From IMG/VR virus record IMGVR_UViG_3300015360_000025: a stretch of DNA of 64,000 bases. The stretch is one strand, 5' to 3'. A program made the translations under genes and the position numbers. The notes under the pieces are model-generated. The model saw only the letters and a program-made list of their open reading frames with translations. It was not told where the DNA came from and searched no databases. Source of the DNA: a virus. Positions 56,806 to 63,906 of this stretch are shown in pieces (within the stretch, counting starts at the first letter, position 1; each line of letters begins with the position of its first letter).

Positions 56806-57150
56806 TAGAGGCAACAAGTCCGGCCCCGATGAGGGGCGGATGGTGGAGGGCGGAGAAACAGTCTGCCTCCAGGAATGGTCGGGTGGCACGTAGACGGAAG
56901 AGACACTCCGCCCACGAGGCTTGCCACCCGACCAGTCCTCTTCAGTCCTCTTCAGAACTCTTCAGAACTCTTCAGAACTCTTCAGAACTCTGCGGATTGC
57001 CGTGGTAGAGGTGATCGAAGGGATACTGCGCTCGGTCAGACGCTAGGATGTTTTTGTAAACCAAAGCTCTGTCACGGTGACGTGATCGTGGAGTATCTCG
57101 ACCAGACGTCCTAGTTAGTTCGCTGTCTTTCGTACACAATCTACCTCTAA
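56806..57150 (+). ncRNA. Candidate structured non-coding RNA region
   Basis: No credible CDS; 12-bp perfect IR 56877-88/56922-33 plus several 6-8 bp helices, two of them crossing. Confidence 0.4.
56933..56991 (+). repeat. 10-bp tandem repeat, about 6 units
   Basis: CAGTCCTCTT x2 then CAGAACTCTT x4 (last unit imperfect). Confidence 0.9.
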
Positions 57151-57162
57151 CGGGAGACGTGT

Positions 57163-57330
57163 ATGAAAAGACAAGAACCGAAGCCGAAGTGTTGCGATCG
57201 TTGTGGCCACCAGGGATTCCAATTCCGTGGCGGATTGTGGGGTTGTCTGGAGTGTGGACTCTGGCATCCGTCGCTGGAAGTCTTGGCCGAGTTCATGCGT
57301 GAGTGTGGCTACAAAGTGGAGAAGGGATGA
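57163..57330 (+). CDS. Small Zn-ribbon protein (absent from the ORF track)
   Basis: MKRQEPKPKCCDRCG...CLECG*; GGGAG RBS. Confidence 0.6.
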   Translation: MKRQEPKPKCCDRCGHQGFQFRGGLWGCLECGLWHPSLEVLAEFMRECGYKVEKG

Positions 57331-57656
57331 AATTCGGCGTGACCGACTCGGCCGCGGACAGGATCCTTGCGATGCAGGCCAATGGGGAGTTGTCCCCGTG
57401 CGGTGGTCTCCGGATCTCTGTCCGCGGTGGGGGCTGCTCCGGTCTGACCTACTCAATTGATTGGTATCCAGGGGCCCTGGAGGGAGACCAGACCTACGAG
57501 AATGGTGGGGTTAGGGTGTATGTGGACCGGAAGTCTGCGCTCTTCCTAGGGGGTTCGGAGCTGGTATACGAGACGAGCCTCATGACTTCTGGTTTCAAGA
57601 TCAAGAATCCAAATGCCAAGTCCACCTGCGGATGTGGCGAGAGCTTTAGCGTATGA
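57327..57656 (+). CDS. iscA: A-type Fe-S carrier (IscA/HesB)
   Basis: GGGCSGLTY, VYVD..S, NPNAKSTCGCGESF. Confidence 0.93.
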   Translation: MKFGVTDSAADRILAMQANGELSPCGGLRISVRGGGCSGLTYSIDWYPGALEGDQTYENGGVRVYVDRKSALFLGGSELVYETSLMTSGFKIKNPNAKSTCGCGESFSV

Positions 57657-57788
57657 TATCTCGGAATCGAATTAAGTGCTTGAAGTGCAAGGACGTCATT
57701 GAGTCCAAGTATCATGCTGGTATTCCTGGTGATCGGCGGTGGCGTGTGGTACGAGCTTCACCGCATCTTTCTGTTACTGAAGAGGTGA
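57653..57788 (+). pseudogene. Chimeric deletion scar
   Basis: RNRIKCLKCKDVIESKYH N-terminus joined out of frame to LVFLVIGGGVWYELHRIFLLLKR*. Confidence 0.4.
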
Positions 57789-57818
57789 GTGTATTTCTGG
57801 AAGTAGATGTGATAATAT
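57789..57818 (+). promoter_or_regulatory. Early promoter with palindromic spacer
   Basis: GTGTAT-N18-TAATAT. Confidence 0.7.
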
Positions 57819-57846
57819 CTTCTCACATTCAACCAAGGAGTTTCAG

Positions 57847-58143
57847 ATGGCGGACTCGGTGATCCTTCAGGACATGTACCAGGTGATCAAGCTCCTCGAC
57901 CGTGAGGACAAGGTCAAGCTTGGTGAGATGCTTCGGGATCACCTGAGCCGAGAAGCCGGGTTGGAGTTTAGCCCGGGTGACAAGATCAAGTTCGCCACCC
58001 GCCACGGAATTCTGATAGAGGGTGTTATCCTTCGTCTCACCGGGAAGAACATGAAGATCGCGTCCAAGCAGGACAGGAATGGGAACGCACAGCCGCGCGC
58101 CGTCAATTGGACCGTCTCTCGCCAGCTGGTCTCTCCCGCGTAA
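57847..58143 (+). CDS. Hypothetical protein (SH3-like C-terminus)
   Basis: AAGGAG RBS; PGDKIKF...G.I.R...K. Confidence 0.7.
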   Translation: MADSVILQDMYQVIKLLDREDKVKLGEMLRDHLSREAGLEFSPGDKIKFATRHGILIEGVILRLTGKNMKIASKQDRNGNAQPRAVNWTVSRQLVSPA

Positions 58144-58412
58144 TGGCCTCTCCATCTGCCAACGATCTCTTCATGAACGTCTGGGCCTCCAAGATCACCT
58201 CTGAGGATATGGCGCAGCCCGGCGATCCCGAGTGGGAGCCCGCGCGCATGCGCAAGTACTGGGGGAAGGTGTGGACGGACTGCAAGGACCTTAGCCAGCA
58301 CCTACAGGGGTTCGAGGATCTTGCTGGTCAGATTGCCGAGACGTTTAAGGAACCGGCCGATGAACAACCGTTGATGGAAATTACCATCTCGTCAGATGGC
58401 GTGGTAAGATAA
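58143..58412 (+). CDS. Hypothetical protein
   Basis: TAATG coupling. Confidence 0.6.
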   Translation: MASPSANDLFMNVWASKITSEDMAQPGDPEWEPARMRKYWGKVWTDCKDLSQHLQGFEDLAGQIAETFKEPADEQPLMEITISSDGVVR

Positions 58413-58427
58413 GAACGTCACTCCAAA

Positions 58428-58457
58428 TTGTATTTCTTGAGATAAGGGTGATATTAT
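58428..58457 (+). promoter_or_regulatory. Early promoter
   Basis: TTGTAT-N18-TATTAT. Confidence 0.7.
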
Positions 58458-58463
58458 CTTCCT

Positions 58464-58899
58464 ATGATCAATCCAACCAACCGCACTTTGAAGATCAAGA
58501 CGACCGTTGATGTCCCGATCAGCCGTGTCCAAGACATGCTTTGCTGTGCTTTCGAGGGCGGTTCAAATTACTGGTACACCATCGAGAAGTTCCACGAACC
58601 GAGGGAATTCCCCAATCAGTTCGACAAGCCGTTCAACGGCGGGAAGCCCGAGATCTTCCGGCACATCGACTTTCCGACCAATCCCGGCGGATACCTGATC
58701 GTCTCGGATGCACAGGACCCAGCGAGTGATGAGCCGCGGAAGGAAAAGCTTGACCTCGAAGCCTGTGAGCGTGGGCTCCAGGTGATGGCGGAGAAGTATC
58801 CACGTCACTTCTCCAACATGATGACTGAGAACGACGACGCCGAGACAGGAGATGTTTTTCTCCAGTGTTGTTCTGTTCGGTGAGTCGGTGTTCGGATGA
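58464..58899 (+). pseudogene. Conserved phage protein with a terminal frameshift
   Basis: AFEGGSNYW...DAETGDVFLQC; natural end VLFGESVFG* is in another frame. Confidence 0.6.
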
Positions 58900-58952
58900 A
58901 CATGATCTGATGAACGGAATTGGCTACACACTTCACCAAAGGCGGGCAGCAC

Positions 58953-59201
58953 ATGGGTTACCAGATGGTCGATGTTAATGGCGAGAGCTGGCAGTTCATC
59001 ATCGGGAACGAATTCGTTCGATTCCGCAGCCCGCAAGGGAATGACACGACGCTCAGGACCTGGGACTTCCTCGGTATGACAGAGCTGGAGTGGCGCCGCA
59101 AGCTGCGTGACGATCATAACCCGCCAGAGCTCAGCCAACGGCAGGTCGGCATCTCGCCCTCAGACGTCGCGATGTACATCAGACGCAACATGATGCCCTG
59201 A
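58953..59201 (+). CDS. Hypothetical protein
   Basis: 83-codon ORF. Confidence 0.6.
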   Translation: MGYQMVDVNGESWQFIIGNEFVRFRSPQGNDTTLRTWDFLGMTELEWRRKLRDDHNPPELSQRQVGISPSDVAMYIRRNMMP

Positions 59202-59231
59202 TTGTACCTCTGGAGTCAGAAGTGATAGGAT
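59202..59231 (+). promoter_or_regulatory. Early promoter with palindromic spacer
   Basis: TTGTAC-N18-TAGGAT; ACCTCT-N6-AGAAGT. Confidence 0.75.
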
Positions 59232-59259
59232 GTCTCTACCTTCCACCAAGGAGCATCAC

Positions 59260-59562
59260 ATGAGCAGCCGAGAGTTCACGATCGAGTTCATTCGAGAGCC
59301 AGAGACCGACGACGGTGAAGAGCGTGTGTACGAGGTCATCGGCACGGTGGGCGCCTATCGCGCGGCCCGCATCAACTGTCCGGTCGAGGACTCCTATCCA
59401 GAGGAGGGTGGTGAGGTCGAAATCTGCTCCATCACGATGGATGGGAAGATCATCGACATCGACGAGTTCTCGGCCGAGGAGATTCTCGAGATGGAAAACT
59501 CCCTGAGCGACGCGTCAGCCGACTGGGAACCCGACTACGACGACGCCCCGGATGATGACTGA
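59260..59562 (+). CDS. Acidic hypothetical protein
   Basis: AAGGAG RBS; strongly acidic. Confidence 0.7.
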   Translation: MSSREFTIEFIREPETDDGEERVYEVIGTVGAYRAARINCPVEDSYPEEGGEVEICSITMDGKIIDIDEFSAEEILEMENSLSDASADWEPDYDDAPDDD

Positions 59563-59565
59563 CCC

Positions 59566-59760
59566 ATGGCGAAGCCACTCATCCACGTCCCGCTCGATCA
59601 AGAAGATTTAGTCGAGCTGATCGAAGCCATCGGATCTCAGATACAGTGGCTCAACGGTCGGTCCGCACCTGACATCCAAATTCTGAAGCTTGACAAGCTT
59701 CGTAACCACCTTTGCCAATCGCACAGGGAGCTTGTCAATCTGACCCTTCAAGCCAGCTGA
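59566..59760 (+). CDS. Small hypothetical protein
   Basis: 64-aa ORF. Confidence 0.55.
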   Translation: MAKPLIHVPLDQEDLVELIEAIGSQIQWLNGRSAPDIQILKLDKLRNHLCQSHRELVNLTLQAS

Positions 59761-59789
59761 TGTACCTCTCGTGGGACATGGGATACAAT
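59760..59789 (+). promoter_or_regulatory. Early promoter
   Basis: ATGTAC-N18-TACAAT. Confidence 0.6.
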
Positions 59790-59795
59790 CTTCAG

Positions 59796-60005
59796 ATGCA
59801 TAACTCAAGAAAGGTAGATAAGGCTCAGACCAAGTTTCTTGCACAAACATGGGCCCGGCAGCTTCCCGCCATGCAGAATGAAGTACGAGAGGCACAGGAA
59901 ATCCTGCGCGATCCACTGGTTACTGTCGATCCGCGGATGAATCAGATCTTGGTGCAAATCTCCGATCTGCGTCTTCACTGCCTGAACAAGCTCGAAGGCA
60001 AGTAA
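59796..60005 (+). CDS. Small hypothetical protein
   Basis: After promoter. Confidence 0.55.
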   Translation: MHNSRKVDKAQTKFLAQTWARQLPAMQNEVREAQEILRDPLVTVDPRMNQILVQISDLRLHCLNKLEGK

Positions 60006-60103
60006 CCTTTCAGGGCGCCCAAGCACGGCGGTTGTCTAGCAGAAGCGAAGTGCCTCGTGCTAGCGAGACGCAGACCCTGGATTTATTCTCTCACGGAGCA
60101 GCC

Positions 60104-60340
60104 ATGAAACTGTGTGTGGTCGAGGAACACACAGTCGGAAGCAGAGACATCGCACCCGGCTGGTACAGGTTCTGGCAACCGCTGCCGTATCTCTCCGATG
60201 CAGACTTCCTGTTCCTCCGGCGGCACATGATCGGTGGCCGAGTCTTCAGGATCGTACCAGCCGAGGATAGTCAGTCACGAGACACCGGCTTCGCCCCGCC
60301 CACGAAGGAATCGGTTGACGCCTTGTTCGTCCTGTCGTGA
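60104..60340 (+). CDS. Small hypothetical protein
   Basis: GGAG RBS before ATG 60104. Confidence 0.55.
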   Translation: MKLCVVEEHTVGSRDIAPGWYRFWQPLPYLSDADFLFLRRHMIGGRVFRIVPAEDSQSRDTGFAPPTKESVDALFVLS

Positions 60341-60494
60341 ATGTCTCCGTTTTCATGCTGCTCGTGATGGTGCTGCCGTGTGATGGGAAGCGTGCGGTCG
60401 TCCCGCCGCCTCCCGACCGTACCGAGTGTACTTCTGCCAGCTGCGCCGTGTGCCACGACGATGGTGATGTCTGCCGCCGCCGCATCTACTGAGG

Positions 60495-60524
60495 GTGTAC
60501 GTCTGGAGGTGGAGGTGATATTAT
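60495..60524 (+). promoter_or_regulatory. Early promoter
   Basis: GTGTAC-N18-TATTAT. Confidence 0.7.
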
Positions 60525-60530
60525 CTTCTC

Positions 60531-60806
60531 ATGCCCAACCCCGACCCATACGACGATCTGATTGGACTTGCTGAACACGAGGAATTTGAGTGTGACGCGG
60601 AGGACCAGGAGCTTCGCACGATGCATGAGGAAGCGGAGCGTGACTACCAGCTCGAAGGCTATTGGCATTACTGCGATGGGCAGGCTTCAGCGAACGAGCT
60701 GGCACTTTCGTTTGCCGATTGGACGATGGAGAACGAACTTCGCTATACTGCAGATTTCGTCATTCCATTGCCTCCTCCGCTGGACTCAGATGACATTCCC
60801 TTCTGA
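60531..60806 (+). CDS. Acidic hypothetical protein
   Basis: After promoter; ends DDIPF. Confidence 0.65.
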   Translation: MPNPDPYDDLIGLAEHEEFECDAEDQELRTMHEEAERDYQLEGYWHYCDGQASANELALSFADWTMENELRYTADFVIPLPPPLDSDDIPF

Positions 60807-60807
60807 G

Positions 60808-60837
60808 TTGTACCTCTGGAGTTAGAGGTGATACAAT
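60808..60837 (+). promoter_or_regulatory. Early promoter with perfect palindromic spacer
   Basis: TTGTAC-N18-TACAAT; ACCTCT-GGAGTT-AGAGGT. Confidence 0.8.
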
Positions 60838-60867
60838 CATCTCACCTTCAACCAGGAGTACAAACAG

Positions 60868-61299
60868 ATGCCCGCCAAACCGAATGATACGTGGGTGGCC
60901 CAGGAAGTCTTCACCACCCTGATGGAGCTGACGCGGTCCACCGGGTATGTGTTTCGCTGGAAGAAAGCTCTTCAGGTCTACGACGCGGTGCACGGGTACC
61001 AGCCCAACTCCAAGAACTGGGGGAAGGCTGGAGGCGAGAAGAAATACCTGCACTTCACCCTCGGAAACATGCTCCGTGCCCAGCTGAAGGGTGGGACGCT
61101 CCGCCGGGTGGCCCATGGTCTCTACGCCTTCAAGGACGTGACCAGGATCGCCAAACCGCTTTACGTCAAGGCCGGTAACTACATGCGCGGTCCGTACAGC
61201 TGCGGGCAGTCTGACATGCCCACGGCGGTACTCAAGAAAGCTGTCAAGTGGCACACCGCGAACCCGGACGGCCCGAAGTTCGTCCCGATCGGAGGGTGA
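60868..61299 (+). CDS. Basic hypothetical protein (possible winged-helix)
   Basis: AGGAG RBS; LRRVAHGLY wing-like motif. Confidence 0.65.
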   Translation: MPAKPNDTWVAQEVFTTLMELTRSTGYVFRWKKALQVYDAVHGYQPNSKNWGKAGGEKKYLHFTLGNMLRAQLKGGTLRRVAHGLYAFKDVTRIAKPLYVKAGNYMRGPYSCGQSDMPTAVLKKAVKWHTANPDGPKFVPIGG

Positions 61300-61300
61300 T

Positions 61301-61531
61301 GTGACCTTTGTCAACTCTCTCGACCCGCTCAGCACACACAAGCAAGAGACCCGTGAAGAGATGTTGACACGATGGGAGAACCAAGGGTGTCTCGTACGCG
61401 ACTGCCCATCGTGCCAGGAGTTTTACCGTAGTCCTGGCATGCCCTCCAACGTCTTCGCCCCTCGTCACACCATGAGCGATCACTGCAAGTCGGGGCAGCG
61501 ACCCCACTGCACGTGCGACACCTGCTTCTGA
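61301..61531 (+). CDS. Small Cys/His-rich Zn-binding protein
   Basis: CPSC...H...HC...HCTCDTCF. Confidence 0.75.
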   Translation: MTFVNSLDPLSTHKQETREEMLTRWENQGCLVRDCPSCQEFYRSPGMPSNVFAPRHTMSDHCKSGQRPHCTCDTCF

Positions 61532-61533
61532 GT

Positions 61534-61563
61534 GTGTACCTCTGGAGTTAGAGGTGGTAGAAT
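61534..61563 (+). promoter_or_regulatory. Early promoter with perfect palindromic spacer
   Basis: GTGTAC-N18-TAGAAT; ACCTCT-GGAGTT-AGAGGT. Confidence 0.8.
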
Positions 61564-61603
61564 AGCTTCATGATCGATCAACCAAAAGACTACAAGATCC
61601 GGA

Positions 61604-61891
61604 ATGACAAGGGTGTCCGCCTCGGCCGCAAAACTAATATTTAACCTACTAACGGGAAGGACCAGAATGAGCGTCTACAGCGAAATAGAGGAGGAGGATG
61701 CGGCGTCGATGGTGCGGCTGCGGAAGGCCGAGGCTGCGCTGGAGAAGATACTGGCGGCGTGCGATTGCGCAGAGGCTGCGCCGGGGCACTCGGAGAGTCC
61801 GGCGGCCGTCGAGTGTCTGCGGGTGGTGAGGCTTTGGTGCGAGGGTAGGACGACGATTAATGAGGTCCACGCGGCGCGCACGGTGCGATAG
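61604..61891 (+). CDS. Hypothetical or chimeric ORF
   Basis: 95 aa; ACDCAE...RLWCEG...EVHAAR. Confidence 0.35.
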   Translation: MTRVSASAAKLIFNLLTGRTRMSVYSEIEEEDAASMVRLRKAEAALEKILAACDCAEAAPGHSESPAAVECLRVVRLWCEGRTTINEVHAARTVR

Positions 61892-61952
61892 CTATCATCG
61901 TGCGCAGGCGTATTCCATGGAGCACAGTCAAGGTAAAGCTGGGAGGTGGCGA

Positions 61953-62304
61953 GTGATTCCTCATTCTCTTGACCAGTTAAGCATTCATAAGCCAGAGACT
62001 CGTGACCAGATGCTGGCGGCGGCGGGAGAATCAGGGATGTCTTGTGCGTGATTGTCCGTCGTGTCAGGAATTCCACCTCAGTCCGGTAATGCCATCCGAC
62101 GTCTTCGCCACTCGTCACACCATGAGCGACCTTGGAAACGGGTCTGTGGATGCCATGGACGAGCGTGCCGGATTCACGGCCGTCGCCCTCGAGCTGCCCG
62201 ACCCGTTCGTTCGAGACTACTACTGTGACGAGTGTGGTCCGGTGGAGTGCTCACGACCAGACGGAAATTGGACAATGGTCCCTCAGTGCTCAGACTGCGG
62301 GTAG
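61953..62304 (+). pseudogene. Degenerate duplicate of 61301..61531 fused to an unrelated fragment
   Basis: NQGCLVRDCPSCQEF...RHTMSD shared; +1 frameshift near 62010. Confidence 0.7.
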
Positions 62305-62341
62305 ACGCCGCATCATGATCGCCTCGGACCAGAGGACCTCG

Positions 62342-62551
62342 TTACGATCCCTCATAGAACCCTCCGAAACGGTCGGCGACGCCGCGGCTGGCCCGGCGGG
62401 GAAGAGGCAGCGTCTCCTCGACGTGCCTCAGATCCCGTTCGATGTCTCCTCCGTCTTCCACGAAGAGTTCGAGGGCCCTCTCGAAAGAGGTGGTCTGGTA
62501 CTCCAGGAAAGCTCCTCGAGGATTGTTCATGACGACTCGGTAGGTCTTCAA
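62342..62551 (-). CDS. Small hypothetical protein
   Basis: TTG start after GGAG; start uncertain. Confidence 0.45.
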   Translation of the reverse strand: MKTYRVVMNNPRGAFLEYQTTSFERALELFVEDGGDIERDLRHVEETLPLPRRASRGVADRFGGFYEGS

Positions 62552-62586
62552 GCGTGGCTCCGTGATGATGGTTGTTGAGGGTGGAC

Positions 62587-62741
62587 TTACGAGAGGTGGC
62601 GTGAATCGATCATGAGGAGGGCCAGAAGGCACCCTGCGAAGAGGGCCATCACGATCATGTAAGCCCCGAGCCAGGATTCTTGGAGCAGATGGGGAGGCTA
62701 AGGACGACGAGGACGCTGCAGAGGAAAAGGCTGACGATCAC
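62587..62741 (-). pseudogene. Frameshifted two-TM small membrane protein
   Basis: AAGGAG RBS; MIVSLFLCSVLVVLSLP continues as QESWLGAYMIVMALF...* in another frame. Confidence 0.45.
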
Positions 62742-62884
62742 TGGTTTCTACTCCTTCGGGTGAGACAAAGAAAAGAGGCGAAGAACTAACGCCACCATCA
62801 GCCAGGGTCCCGTGCTCCCTTGGGCCGTGAACCCCTCGCTCACTGATGGTGGTGCTCTAGATCCTAAGCTCCCTTGGGCAGGTT

Positions 62885-62938
62885 GTCTAGAGAAACGGGA
62901 GGGGAGTCGAACCCCTCGTTGCTCCTCTCCGTCTAGAC
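62885..62938 (-). ncRNA. tRNA-like T-arm minihelix in a 3' UTR
   Basis: Minus strand GTCTAGACGG...GAGGGG TTCGACT CCCCTC CCGTT..TCTAGAC. Confidence 0.5.
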
Positions 62939-62940
62939 CT

Positions 62941-63186
62941 CTACTCTCCGGCTTGGTCGTGCTGCGCGGCAATGAGGAGGTCGAAGGTGGCTCGCGCCCC
63001 TCTTCCGGTCTTCCGCATCGAGGCTCCGCGGGCCAGGGAGGCTGCCTTCCGCGAGGAGGACAGGTACGAGCTGAAGGCTTTGTTCCGGCGGGTACGAAGC
63101 TTTGTAACTCCCTTCTCAGCGATGTGTCGCGCGATGAGGATGACCTCGGCGCTGCGTTGGTCGAGGTCATTCAGGTCGTCTGGCAT
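62941..63186 (-). CDS. Small basic hypothetical protein
   Basis: AGGAG RBS before ATG 63186; TG-TATAAT -10 upstream. Confidence 0.6.
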   Translation of the reverse strand: MPDDLNDLDQRSAEVILIARHIAEKGVTKLRTRRNKAFSSYLSSSRKAASLARGASMRKTGRGARATFDLLIAAQHDQAGE

Positions 63187-63269
63187 AGAGGTTAGTGCTC
63201 CTGGTGGTGCGGGTGAATGATTATACCACGAAGATGTGGTAAAGAGAAGTGGAAAGAGGCGAAGCAAAG

Positions 63270-63310
63270 AGGGGCGGGAGGAGTCGAACCTCCCCTGACC
63301 GGGCGCCCCT
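63270..63310 (-). ncRNA. tRNA-like acceptor/T-arm minihelix in a 3' UTR
   Basis: Minus strand AGGGGCG-N10-GGAGG TTCGACT CCTCC-CGCCCCT. Confidence 0.55.
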
Positions 63311-63317
63311 GTACTAC

Positions 63318-63824
63318 TTAGCTCTCGTCGGCGAGGGCGAGGGTCTTGTTCGAGACCATCATCCCGTTCTTCTCGGCGTACGCCTTGATGGCGGCCATCC
63401 GGTCCTTGATGCCCGCGTCCGGCTTGGGGGCCTCGGGAACCTCACCGGGGGCGGTCTCGACCTTGACCGCCTTCGGGGCCTTCGGCTTCGGGGGCGCCTT
63501 CTCGACCGCCGGGAGGGTGAGCATGTGCTCGATGAGGGCCCGGAAGTTGGTCACGATGCCGTCCTCGCCCAGAGAGGGGTCGAGATCGAGCTGCTGCTTG
63601 ACGTTCCCGAACTCCCCGCAGTGGGGAACCTTGGCCCCGAACTCCACCGTGAATCCCGAGATGTCGACCCGGCCCACCTTTTTCGTGGCGGCCACGTACA
63701 CCCGGCGCCCCTTGGGCCCTTCGACCCTAATGAAGCCAGACTGCACGGTGCTGGGGATGCCAAGCTCCTCGAGGGTTGCAGTGAACTTCGAGCCATCGAT
63801 GTAAAGGACATTGCCATTGGCCAT
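63318..63824 (-). CDS. Hypothetical protein, paralog of 38248..38748
   Basis: SGFIRVEG...KKVGRVDISGFTV...QQLD; AAGGAG RBS; Pro/Lys/Ala tail. Confidence 0.8.
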   Translation of the reverse strand: MANGNVLYIDGSKFTATLEELGIPSTVQSGFIRVEGPKGRRVYVAATKKVGRVDISGFTVEFGAKVPHCGEFGNVKQQLDLDPSLGEDGIVTNFRALIEHMLTLPAVEKAPPKPKAPKAVKVETAPGEVPEAPKPDAGIKDRMAAIKAYAEKNGMMVSNKTLALADES

Positions 63825-63877
63825 GTAAAACTCCTTGACTTCATTGTGTGGTTAGGATGATTCCCAACCATGAAACC

Positions 63878-63906
63878 AATATATCATGATGGTTTTTAAT
63901 GTACAT
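63878..63906 (-). promoter_or_regulatory. Early promoter (minus strand)
   Basis: ATGTAC-N17-TATATT with TG extension. Confidence 0.5.

Noticed and set aside
56826-56860. Hammerhead-like CCGATGA...GAAAC
   Set aside because: Core is CCGAUGA not CUGANGA, no stem II closing before GAAA, and no cleavage-site stems
56933-56991. CRISPR array
   Set aside because: 10-bp units with no spacers; no cas genes
56808-56995. RNase P RNA resemblance (GAGG..AAGTCCGG; CAGAAC)
   Set aside because: Conserved P4 strands are not intact or correctly spaced; too divergent to call
39294-61563. Promoter repeats as a CRISPR-like array or insertion-sequence ends
   Set aside because: Irregular spacing with whole genes between copies, -35/-10 geometry, and no transposase
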